Positions 13,131-25,191 of a stretch of DNA of 64,000 nt are shown here, in pieces. The stretch is from Saccostrea echinata (Eukaryota). The DNA lies in contig NW_026889754.1 in assembly GCF_033153115.1 (NCBI RefSeq), forward strand, positions 14,632,001-14,696,000. The letters run 5' to 3'. The notes beneath the pieces are model-generated. The model ran no database searches. It was given only the letters and a program-made list of their open reading frames with translations, and was not told the origin of the DNA. Every line of letters starts with the position of its first letter. Positions within the stretch are counted from its first letter, which is position 1. The position numbers and the translations under genes were made by a program.

Positions 13131-16100
13131 ATGGTTAAAATTCTATCAGTAAACTGCCAAGGTTTAGGTGATATTGCAAAACGCAAGGATGTTTTCAATT
13201 ATTTAAGAGCGTTGAAATATAACATTTTCTGTTTGCAAGACACACACTTTTCCTGTGATATCGAAAATGAAGTAAGAAATTTATGGGGATATCAGTGCTT
13301 TTTTAGCTCATATACTACAAACTCCAGGGGAGTTGCAATTCTGATAAATAATAACTTTGATTTTAAACCCCTTGCAGAAAAGGGTGATGTTGATGGAAAC
13401 TATATTTTGCTTAAAGCATGTATAGAGGGACATGAAGTATTGATATGCACTATATATGGTCCTAATAATGACACACCACTCTTCTAGGAAAACATACAAA
13501 ATCACATTGAGGATATGCACTGTAGTAATTTTATCTGGTGTGGTGATTTTAATTTAGTTTTAAACCCAGAATTAGATTATTATAATTATAAATCTATCAA
13601 TAATCCAAAGGCAAGAGAAAAGGTTTTGTAAATAATAGAAAATAATTGTTATATTGACCCTTTTCGACAATTACATGAAAATGTTCGTAGATACTCTTGG
13701 AGAAGAAAAACTCCTTTGAAACAAAGTCGTTTAGATTTCTTTTTAATATCAGAGTCCCTTTTGTCAGGTTTAGAAAAATGTACTATAGAATCTAGCTACA
13801 GATCAGACCACTCCATGATTTCATTGTCTATAGCCTTTAACGACTTCAAGAAAGGAAGGGGTCTATGGAAGTTTAACAACTCTTTACTTTATGATGAAAA
13901 ATATCTGGAATGCATCAAAAAAGTTATCTTAGAGGTTAAAAAACAATATGCAATTCCAGTATACAATTTTGATAACAAATAATATTTTAGATTCAGACAT
14001 TTTCTTCACTATTGATGATCAATTATTCCTTGAAACCCTGCTCTTTGAAATAAGGGGTTAAACTATTTCATATGCAACTTATATCAAAAAGAAGAATGAA
14101 AATAAGGAGAAAGAATTAATAGAAAATATTAGAACATTTGAAGAAAATGTAAGTGAAAATAATATCGATGAATTGTGTAGTAAAAAGTAAGAATTAGAGA
14201 ACATTCGAAAACATAAATTACAGGGTACATATATCAGAAGTAGAGCAAAATGGGTTGAGGAAGGTGAAAAACCATCACATTATTTTTGTACACTAGAATC
14301 CAGAAACTTTACTAGTAAGATCATACCAAGATTGGAGGATAATAATGGAAATGTTATTTATGACCAATCAGAAATTTTGAGGGAAACAAAATCATTTTAT
14401 GAACAGTTATATACAAAAAGTACAGTAAATACAAATATTGATTTATTCAGCAAGTTAAGCAATAAAGAAATACCTAAGCTTTCATGCAAAGAGTCAGAAT
14501 CTATAGAGGGCGAAATTACTATGGAGGAGGCCTCTTCTACGCTTTACAAAATGAAATCAAATAAATCCCCTGGATCGGATGGGTTTTCTGCTGAATTTTT
14601 CAAGATGTTTTGGAAATATATTAGTTTTTTTGTAGTTAGATCTATTAATTACGGATATAAGAATAACATTCTGTCTATTACACAAAGACATGGTGTCATT
14701 ACTTTGTTACCAAAAGGTGACAAGCCAAGTCAATACTTAAAGAATTGGCGACCTATTACTTTGTTAAATACCGTCTATAAAATTGCATCTGGGTCTATCG
14801 CTAACAGAGTAAAATGTTATTTAGATAAAATAATTAATCAAGATCAAACAGGCTTCATTTCCAATAGATATGTAGGAGAAAACACAAGGCTAATTTACGA
14901 CATAATGCATTACACTGAGGAAGAAAATATACCTGGACTATTACTACTTATTGACTTTGAAAAAGCCTTTGATACTTTATCATGGAGCTTTATACAAGGT
15001 GCACTTAACTTTTTTAACTTTGGTCCCTCAATTAAGAAGTGGGTATCGCTTTTTAATACAGACATTACATCTGCAATAAACCAAGGTGGTAATCTCTCTG
15101 ATAGAATTAACATTCAGAGAGGTTGCAGACAGGGCGATCCTTTGTCACCATATATATTTATTATATGTGCTGAAATTTTAGCAATCCAAATTAGATTAAA
15201 TAAAAATATTAAAGGTATTACTGTAAACAATATTGAAAAAAAGATTTCTCAGTTAGCTGATGATACATCAATCATTCTTGATGGTAGTAAAGAGTCCCTC
15301 ACACAAACATTGGAAACATTAAAGGAATTTTCAGAAATGTCTGGATTACATATTAACTATGCAAAAACTCACATAGTGTGGATAGGTTCTAAAAAGTTTA
15401 GTGATGAAATTTTATTGCCAAATTACAAACTTAATTGGGGAACTACCAGATTTACTCTTCTAGAAATACATTTTGATGTAGAATTGGATAAGATACAACA
15501 ATTAAATTATGAACCAAAATTAGTACATATTAAATCAATACTTAAACAATGGGAGAAAAGGTATTTAACTCCCATAGGGAAAATTACAGTCATTAAAACA
15601 TTAGTTTTACCATTATTAAATCATATTTTAATGTCAATCCCAAATCCTTCTGAACTGTATTGTAAGGAATTGGAAAAAATCTTCTTCTCATTTATATGGA
15701 ATAACTCAACGCATAGAGTAAAAAAAGAAGTAATTGTAAAAAAAATATGAAGATGGAGGTTTGAAAATGTTAAATCTGATGTCTTTTATAGCTTCCATGA
15801 AATTATTTTGGATAAGGCATCTCATCTTTACAAATAGGGGGATTGAACACCTCATTCCAAAATTCAATTTGAACAATTTTTTAAGTTGTGGAATTGAATA
15901 CACTACAACCTTCTTAAAAACATTGAAGAATAAATTTTGGACATGTTTTTAAGTCATGGATAATGTTACAAAACCTTGAAAAAAAGTTTGATGTTGCTGG
16001 TGACTCACCATTATTTTACAATCCACATTTACATATCGGTGGAAAACCATTTTATAATAAACAAATGTTTGACAGTAACATTAGACAACTTAATGATATC

Positions 16101-16897
16101 ATAAATGAGGATGGTTCACTCTTTACTTATGAGTGTTTCTGTAACACCTATCCAAATATAAAGATTAATTTTTTAGAATACAATAGTATTATTCATGCTA
16201 TAAAGGCTTGGATGAAAAATTCTGGTAAGGAAAAAACAATAAAAAAGCTCGCTAACCCATTAATTATGTCAAATATCTACACAGTAATGAAATGTAAAAA
16301 AAATCTAAATGCTATTATGAAATCCTTAATCAAAATTCTTCTGTTGCAGCAGGTAAAACACATTGGAGTGAGCTTCTAGAAATTGAAATTAAGGAATGGA
16401 AAAAAATTCACATAATACCCTTCAGAGTAACAAAAGACTGTAAACTCCAATGGTTCCAGTATAGGATTATAAACAAAATTTTAGCAACAAATTCATTCCT
16501 ATTCAAAATTAAGAAAAATGACTGTAAGTTCTGCAGTTTTTGCCACACCGAGGAGGAAACAATAGAACACCTTTTGTGGGAATGCAATAGTACACAAATT
16601 TTTCTAGAAGAATTTGTTCATTTACTTGAAGATAAGACAGGTCTAAAGATTAGAGTTACTAAGAAATCTTTTATTTTAGGCTTTATTGATGAAAACACTG
16701 ATGTTCAAAATGCTATTCTTCTTTGGCTTAAATATTATATTTATACTGCAAGATGCACCCAGAAACCTATTAATGTACATACTGCAATATCACAAATGAA
16801 ATTTCATTATGAAACACAAAAATTTATTTCTTATAAGAATGGTGGAAAGGAAAAGTTTGATACCCAGTGGAACAGGTGGAACCTACTATTCTGTTAA
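13131..16897 (+). pseudogene. LINE ORF2p (APE endonuclease, RT, C-terminal CCHC), with stops and frameshifts
   Basis: SVNCQGL..LQDTH, GDFN, SRLDFFL..SDH; KSPGSDG, WRPITLLN, DFEKAFD, RQGDPLSP, LADD; CSFC..ETIEHLLWEC. Confidence 0.95.
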
Positions 16898-17134
16898 CTC
16901 TCACCCTCTCTCTCTCTCTCTCTCATAAAATAAAAACACACTTCTGCTTCTGAAACTTGATGTATGTATATAACGTTATGTATGTTGTGTGAATAAAAAA
17001 AAAAAAAAAAAAAAAAGAACGAGGAATTCAGTTACTTAAAATAAAAAAGTTGTTTCACACCATCACACCGAACTCCGGTCCACGGCTAAGAAATATTAAC
17101 GTAATATAAAACTTTATCAAAATTTCTATTTTCA

Positions 17135-17176
17135 ATATATATATATATATCTAATATATATATATATATATCTATA

Positions 17177-17226
<50 letters not shown>
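17135..17226. repeat. (TA)n microsatellite
   Basis: Long TA dinucleotide run with few interruptions. Confidence 0.95.
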
Positions 17227-17233
<7 letters not shown>

Positions 17234-17353
17234 TCGTATTATTGATTAATAAATACAAACATCAGGAAAAAAAATACATGTAGGGTACCTGTAACCATTC
17301 CAAACAAGTTTTTTTTAATAATAAAGGTTTTATATTCCGCTTCAATTTCAACA

Positions 17354-17427
17354 GCCGCGATAGCTCAGTATTTAAAGCGTTCGCCCTCCAATCTAAAGGT
17401 CGTGGGATCGAATCCTGTTGGGAATGC
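17354..17427 (+). pseudogene. Degenerate tRNA-like sequence followed by an oligo-T tract
   Basis: tagctcagt A-box, ggatcgaatcc B-box-like, T run from ~17428; stems imperfect. Confidence 0.5.
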
Positions 17428-17580
17428 TTTTTTTTTTCATTTATTTTTTTTTTTTAAATTTTTTTTCTTTTACATTATTTTCACTGAATTAACAAATGTA
17501 TAAACTCGACATTTATAATTTTTGTGAAGAAATCATTATAAAAATAATATTTAACCCGTAAAAGCAGTTTTATCGACTGC

Positions 17581-17896
17581 GTAATGGTGACTTAATGGTG
17601 GCTTAAAGGTGGTTTAATGGTAGCTTAATGGAGTTTGGACATTAAGCACCTATAAGTCTGGCTTAATGGTGGCTTAATGGTGACTTAATGATTGTCTAGA
17701 AGCTACCATTAAGCACCTATAAGCCACCATTAAGCTACCTTTGAGCATCCATTAAGGACTTTGAGTTGGCTTAATGGTAACTTAATGGTGGTGTATTTAT
17801 TACTTAAATGTAGCTTAAAGGTGCTTAATGGTGACTTAAAGACGACCATTAAACCATCATTAAGGACCTATAAGCCACCATTAAGCCAAACTTAAA
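17581..17896. repeat. Array of ~11-bp TTAATGGTGGC-like units in both orientations (probable subterminal repeats of a DNA transposon end)
   Basis: Many cttaatggtgrc / ccaccattaag variants; ends just before the interrupted LTR resumes at ~17919. Confidence 0.75.
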
Positions 17897-18169
17897 GGAA
17901 GTGTTTCATCTTGTGGTATGTGTGTAGTTGTGTGAATCGAACTCTGCTTTGTTATATGTGATATTACGTGAATTACTTTTCAAATACAAACATTCACCTT
18001 TTATTGCTTAATTTCATTAAAATAAATTTTCATCACAAGTTCACTTGTGTTAATTGGTGGAGTATCCAAAGGGTAATTTACCCGGGGGTATTGCATTTCC
18101 TGTGCAATACCTAGATCTTGGTACCAAGACTCTTACCCGTGCAGTTAATTTCCCCAAAGTTGCGTAAAA

Positions 18170-19014
18170 ATGTCAAATTCATTGTGCTACCGCTGTGGAG
18201 AATTATTTTACAAAGGACATCTTATAAAATGCAAGGCAATGAACCGACAGTGCTTTAAATGTCAACAATTTGGCCATCTTTCTAAACAATGTATGAACTC
18301 TGACACAAAGCAAGTGACCATTCTTGTAGTGAAAAAGAAGTCAGTCCATAAGAAAGAACGCGACCAAAAACGCTGGAATGAGTTTCAGTCTAGACGCGTG
18401 TCTGCCATGGAATTACCATTTTACAGCATTGAATCTCAGACTGAATTTGTTTTCTCGATAAATTCCCCGTCTACAAAGCCTTTAGGTGACCAACAACGCA
18501 AGAGCACAACATTAACGGATAAAGTGCGGAATTTCAAGAAAACAATTGAGAGCCAGCAAGAACAACTTACAGCCTTATAGAGTAAACTCTCAGCTGCGTG
18601 GAAGAAAAACAAGGATGAAAAAGAAAGAAAATATTTGTTGATGACCTGGAAGACAAACTGAACGACGCGCGAACAAAGAACAAAGCTCTGGAAAAGAAGA
18701 TTGGAAGAATGGACACAGAAATTTCTGATCTGAGAGAAGCCCTTCGGTCCGTGTCAGATCGGCTGGTAGCAAAGGAGCGTCAGTTAAGTTTTATTAGGTT
18801 AGTGCCACCGGTACCCTGTGTTCCAGTTCCCATACAGAAGAAAAGCGTCGGCACCAACACAGATACTTGTAGCCCCAAACAAGTCAGCGACGCATCCACA
18901 CAAATGCCAGTTATGGAAGCGTACAGAACAGGAAAAATTTGGTATCCCCCAGGCCATCCTAACCATATAGAAGCTAAACAGTCCTCGCGGAAAAAAGAAA
19001 CCGAAACGTCATAA
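18170..19014 (+). pseudogene. Gag-like ORF with N-terminal double zinc knuckle and coiled coil
   Basis: CYRCGELFYKGHLIKC..CFKCQQFGHLSKQC then heptad-rich region; broken by stop and frameshift; no pol follows. Confidence 0.65.
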
Positions 19015-20818
19015 AGAACAACAGAATGCTGCGGCCCCTAACTACCCTGTATCACCATATCCTCATGTAGTGCGCACGTATCAACCTTCACAACAACAGC
19101 GCTTTTCATCCTGCCCCTGACAGCCTTCCATACCGACAGCAAATTATGTTCCCTTTTATGGATTTTGACTTTGAGCTCCGGAATATCAGTGACTTTGTAC
19201 ACATTGTTTAAAAATTTAGAAACATTTTAACCCTTGTCATATTTTTTTATTATTCAATAATTTCATATATAATTTGTAGACTCTGGGACAGAGTCTTACT
19301 TGGAGAGGGGAAGGATTGTCACATAGTAAATTTTACAAAATTTATTTACAATTTAACAAAATTTGATTTTACAAAAAGAATTATTTTTAATGCCTTTTTT
19401 TGAAATATGTTTAAATTATTTATCTAACAATTAATGTTTAGACAGTAAAAAGGAAATTGTCTCTCAATATTTATTTTAGGAATTAGTGTCAATCCTCTGC
19501 CTCAAAGAGTGTCCGACTCGTATGTGTGATAATTGCGTAAATGTGTTAATTGAAGTTTGAGTGAATGTCATGTGTTGTGTGAGATAGTCAGTTTTAGAAC
19601 CGCCGTGGACAATCCCGGACGTGAGTATTAGATGTACTGGACATTCCGTCATCAGGAAAACAAAGTTTTACTCTGGACTATTCCGAGTTTTAGAACAAAA
19701 ACGTGTGTGTGTGTAGTTGTGTGAATCGAACTCTGCTTTGTTATATGTGATCTTACGTGAATTACTTTTCAAATACAAACATTCACCTTTTATTGCTTAA
19801 TTTCATTAAAATAAATTTTCATCACAAGTTCACTTGTGTTATAAATACACTTAAATCTCTCAACATTTTTCTGCACCTTTTAGACTTATGGTGATTAATT
19901 TTGAATTTAAAAATCCTATTTGTTTGTCAACTTTAGAAACCAAAAATATAATTAAAAAAATTAAAAGGTCATGATTTAAATTAAAATAAGCTTAAATGAT
20001 TCCAGGTAGCTAATTTGTCCATTTGTTTAGTGATTATTGTGTCTCATTTTTTTTAATTTTTCAAACACATAAACCAATATCATTTATTGTTTGTTTAGTC
20101 TTCACTTTTGATGCATTGTTTAATTTAACAAAGTGCATAATAACTCTTTCTTCAACATATTTTTTTCAAAAATGGCATAATTTTTTCTATGAAATTTACC
20201 ATAAACGTTATGTATAATATGTACATCCTTTTATTTTTTCATTTAATTAAGTAGATGTAGTAGAATATACATGTATTTTACTCTTATAATTACTTTAATA
20301 ATTATGTACCCCTTTTACTTGACATATCTTTTGTGAATTTCAAAGTTTTGTCCATAAATGTTGCATATACTTAAATAATGTCCACTTTCTTCTTGTATTC
20401 AGTTTTTAATAAACTTTTTAGATTTTTTTTAATCGTATTTGTTTGTCTACTTTAAAGGAAAGTATTTAATTTGAAAGAAAATTTAATGGTATAATTCTGA
20501 TTAAAATAACGTGAAATGTTAGGCAAGTTTTCTATTCATAGAAATGTTCCTCTGTTTTCTTTTTAATTATTATTTTTACTTACAACAATTAGATCTATAT
20601 CAGAAGATATTATCTTATTCATTCTAAGTTGAGTTATTAAAAAGTGTTATGATTTGGTTAATCTGATATTGTTATCCGGAATTATGTGATCTTGTATTGT
20701 TGGTTCTGTGTTATATAATACAATAAAGTAGTTCTAAAAATGGCAGCCTTTTATTAAGCACGTGTTGTGGTCACTATCGTCTAGAAGGACATAACATTGG
20801 CGACGAGGATTGTTCAGG

Positions 20819-22289
20819 ATGGCAAAATTCGCAGCCATTGGTCGTATCGACATCTTCGACAACAGTGTCGAAACCTGGAACTCATACAGTGAGCGACTTG
20901 ACCAATATTTTGTGTGTAATGATGTCAAGAATGAAAAGAAAGTTCCTGCATTGCTAAGCCTCATAGGGGGTAAGACTTACCAGTTATTGAGAGGATTGAC
21001 AGCGCCGACTAAACCGGCAGACATGGAATATGACGCACTCGTGAAAATTTTGGGTGATCATTTGAACCCCCCTCCTGTAGTAATCTCAGAGAGATTTCGG
21101 TTCTACAAAAGAGACCAGCGGGAAGGTGAGTCTATAAGAGACTATATAGCAGATCTTAGAAGATTGTCAGAACACTGTGCATTTAAAGACAGTCTGAACG
21201 AATCGCTACGTGACAGATTAGTTTGTGGCCTTCGGAGCGAGGAATTCAGAATAAACTGTTAGCAGAAAAAGACCTAACATTAGAGAAGGCGACGCAGATA
21301 GCGCACGCCATGGAGACTGCATTCAAGGATGCAACAGAGCTGCAGTCCAAACATGTTGGAATGGTAAACAAGCTAGGGGTGAGACAGAAAAAGGGATACC
21401 ACTCTGCTGGAACTGGAGTAAAGTCGACACAACCCAACATGCCTAAGGTAAAACGAGGTACGAATTCAAAGAAATGTTTTCGGTGTAATAGTACAGCTCA
21501 TGATCAAAGTCAGTGTTATTATAAGGACAAACAGTGCTATAATTGTTCCAAAATTGGACATTGTAAAAAGGCGTGTAGGAAAACAAAGGAGGTACACAAT
21601 GTGGACTGGTGTGAGAATCTCATTGGATCATTAGATGTGAATTCAGTTGAAAAGACTCATTCTGGAGCAATCGTAGTCAATGCAAACATTGACGGTGTAG
21701 ATGTTGATATGGAACTTGACACTGGCGCAGCAGTTTCAGTGATGTCCAAAAAAAAGTTCTGTGAGTTTTTTTCCAGGAAGGATTAAGAACTCACCTGAAT
21801 CTAATATGTGTTTAAAGACATATACCGGTGAAATCTTGAAGCCTTGTGGAGTGGCACGTGTGACTGTGAGTCACAACAACCAGAGAAAGGATCTAGACTT
21901 GTACGTGATGCAGAAGGCAGGACCAACACTCTTCGGAAGGGAGTGGCTCCAGCAGATTTCACTTGATTGGCCGTCCATCAAGTCCATGTCGTGTGTGATA
22001 GACAAGATTACAGATACTTGTTCAGATAATGTGAAAGTGGACTTAAAAGACATGTTGGAAAAACATAGTTCAGTTTTCCAGAGTGATATAGGTACTGTTA
22101 AGGGTATTGAAGCTACACTCAACTTAAAGCTGGACGCTAAACCCAAGTTCTGTAAAGCTCGCTCTGTACCATATGCTCTCAAGCCTAAGGTTGAGACTGA
22201 ACTGGACAAACTAGTCAGAGATGGTATCATAACCAAGGTGGACTACAGCGAATGGGCAACGCTTATTGTCCCTGTTATCAAGTCTGATA
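20819..22289 (+). pseudogene. Gypsy gag, protease and start of RT
   Basis: FYKRDQREGESIRDYIADLRRLSEHC..LRDRLVCGL; CFRC..H..C..CYNCSKIGH; LDTGAAVS protease; frameshifts. Confidence 0.92.
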
Positions 22290-25191
22290 CAGTCCCTGAA
22301 ACGTTCTACTTTCCCACTTGAACGGTGAGCGAACGCTGAACGAACGGTGAACGAACGGTGAACGAACGCAGAGCGAACGGTTAGTGAACGATGTGTGAAC
22401 GCTGAACGCAACTTGGTGAACGATGTGTGAACGGTGAGCGAACGCAGAACGCGAACGGAGCGCAAACGCAAACGCAAAGTGAACGGTGAACGCAAGATGA
22501 ACGATTTATTCGGAATGCCTCTGATCTTTTCCTTGCATTGAAACTATATTCTATTGTATGTACGCCTGGTGCTAAAAAAATAAATGAATAATAAAGAAAT
22601 AAACAAATCAATGAAAAGTGTCCTAAGAAAGACGATACATGCACAATAAGTAAAATTATTAATTTAAGTTTCTTATAATATTTTCTGCACATATGTACGA
22701 TGTTTAAATTAAACTTTTTAATAAGACGATTTTTATCGCTGTAAAACATTGTAATTGTTACCGAACGCTGTAGTATTAAAGATAAAATCAATCTAGTTGT
22801 AAAATAAATATGTTTATTCTTATTTGATATATAAAATCATTACAAATAATATGGATTTTAGAAGAGCAAACTACGGACTTATAGAATGAATTACAACGGT
22901 TGTAACAACCATACATATATTTTCGTGCCAAGACGATTCCGTGTAAAATAATGAGAAAAAAAAATATTTTACAAAGGTATGTGGACGTATTGCATAAATA
23001 CACCCGTATTTTAAAACTTTAATGCAATAATATATTTATGAGTCAGTTTTATTTTTTATGATGATTTATTGAAAAGACTTCTACATGTATCTGTAGACAT
23101 TTCCCGGATGTGATTATACTCCGATAAGATGATACAAAGAGGCATTCATATTATTTGTTATATATTAAATTTTCACAACTTGATATTTAAATAATATGTT
23201 GTCATAGTTTTTTTTATTAAACAGACGAGAGAGAGAGAGAGATTCGGTTTTAGCCCCCCCCCCCCCCACCTTTCTCAAATGTTTGTACCTACATGTATAT
23301 CAAATAAAAATTCTTAATTTTTTTCTAAATATACCAGGCAATAAAAGAAACTATTTTTATCAACAAATCCATTTGTTTTACAGTCGTAATCGGTTTTTAT
23401 TTTCCTGCTTCAAGTTCACACGAAGTCCACGTGCTTGACCTGTCATTCAAAATCATTCAACACTGTGCAGGTGTGAAAGTCTCGTTGCACCGAAGGCAAA
23501 GTGTTAAGTATTTCTAAGAAGTTTTAACATTTTTTCTTATCATTTCTAGATCTGATTCCAACATTTCTAAAAAAAAAATAATAATAATAATAAATGAATA
23601 AAATACATTGGGAATAAACACTTGGAATGATTAAACCGCTTGAATTTGAAACCTACTCCCTGCCAATTTAAAATATCACCGCCGGCACATGTATATTTTG
23701 AACTACTATTGTTTAATGACTTTGTTTAGATGCATATTTGTTTTGAGACTGATGTTTTTGAGCTACAAAACACATTAACTTCTATTTAAATGTTAATTAA
23801 AATATACCGAAAATACTTACTAAGTAACCGATTTACGGGAAGGAGGGGGGGGGGGGCTCTTAATTATATCGAATGGCAAACATAAAAATATCATTACTGG
23901 AGAATCACTTTGGTTATATTAACGATAAGGCATTTCTCTCTCTCTAATTAAAGACTATAAAATATATGTAAAGTAGAAAAAAATTCTTTAATGTATTACA
24001 TTTTAATTTTTTTTTTTCAAACCACACTATCAATTTAATTCGCTCTAAAGATATTTAATCAACTGGATATCTGCAGTACTGTTTATAATCCTCGGAATTA
24101 GTTCTAACAATCTGGGGGAAAATATGTTAGAAATAAATATTTTCGTAATTCTGCTGAAGTTGGAAAATTAATTGACTTCGGTTATTATCTATCCATTAAC
24201 GATTTGTCGTCTTTAACATAACAACAAAATGTTGCAGTGCTTGAAGCATCTGTATATTGCCCATATTTAAGGTCAAGATCTAGTAAATGAAAAGAGCCTA
24301 CAGATTTCTCAAACTTGAGAAATAAATTCCTTTTATGATGCTTTATGACTAAAGCTCGGTCAAATAAGGTGTATCGGGGCATAATTTGTAGAAAAACAAG
24401 ACGAAAAATCATTTTGTAAACCGTAATTTTCAATGAAAAATTAAGAAAGCCAGTCATGAATATGGGAGTTTTTTCCATATCAGACAAAGGAAATGTATCC
24501 AGATTGTCTACAGTCTCTCAGAAAACGGTAATTTGTATGTTCTTAGCCTCTTCTTTAAAATAATGTAAAATTGAATATAGGTATCGGGATTACTTTTCAC
24601 ATGATTTCAAATTGAATTCCATTAAAATACTTTATTTTCTTCATTATTTTATTTGAGCTGTAAAGTACGGGAAATGGAAAGTTTAAATTGTTTATGACGT
24701 CATAATGGATCTAGCACCAAAAACACAGTCTAAAGTCATTTACTAGATCTTGACCTTAAATTTAATTTTTCAGCATCGTTCTACATAGGTACATACATGT
24801 ACTTATAACATCATTTATTTTCCAGATAAATTTAATAAATAACCTAACAGCTTAGTTAGAATAATAAAAATAAATATTGTAGATAATTTTTTCTTTAAAC
24901 ACGATATGTTAATTATTAAATTTGTAAATCCTTACTTAAATAAAGATAAGTCCACTCACTTCGGAGTTCCGAGTGACAGTAAAGACTGAACGATAAGTGA
25001 ACGCTGAACGCAAGGTGAACGCAAACTGAACGAACGAAGAGCGAACGCTGAACGCGAGCGCACGGTGAACGCTGAACGCAAAACTGTGAACGGAGAGCGA
25101 ACGGTGAACGCACGCTGAACGAACGGTGAACGCACGCTGAACGAACGGTGAGCGAACGGAAAAATGGGAAAGTAGAACGTTTCAGGGACTG
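22290..25191. mobile_element. Non-autonomous TIR DNA transposon with TA TSD (Tc1/mariner-like ends)
   Basis: Perfect 27-bp TIR cagtccctgaaacgttctactttccca; TA at 22288-22289 and 25192-25193; removal restores pol VIKSDKSVRICGDFK; GAACGCTGAAC-like subterminal arrays. Confidence 0.93.
24271..24755. mobile_element. MITE with TTAA TSD and GG..CC termini (Kolobok-type)
   Basis: 20-bp TIR ggtcaagatctagtaaatga / tcatttactagatcttgacc flanked by ttaa (24267-24270, 24756-24759). Confidence 0.85.

Larger units (their letters stand above)
11691..17015 (+). mobile_element. Full-length L1/Tx1-clade LINE
   Basis: 15-bp TSD agaacgaggaattca (11676-11690, 17016-17030), AATAAA plus poly(A) tail, ORF1 and ORF2. 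Confidence 0.95.
10365..19841 (+). mobile_element. Non-autonomous (gag-only) Gypsy-type LTR element; 5' LTR disrupted by a 7.3-kb insertion
   Basis: 3' LTR 19317-19841; 5' LTR pieces 10365-~10592 and ~17919-18052; PBS tggtggag (tRNA-Ala-like) at 18055; PPT ggagaggggaagga 19302-19315; TAAA TSD at 10361-10364 and 19842-19845. Confidence 0.85.

Noticed and set aside
22211-22495. Arg/Ser-rich ORFs (also 24916-25221)
   Set aside because: Translations of the GAAC subterminal repeats
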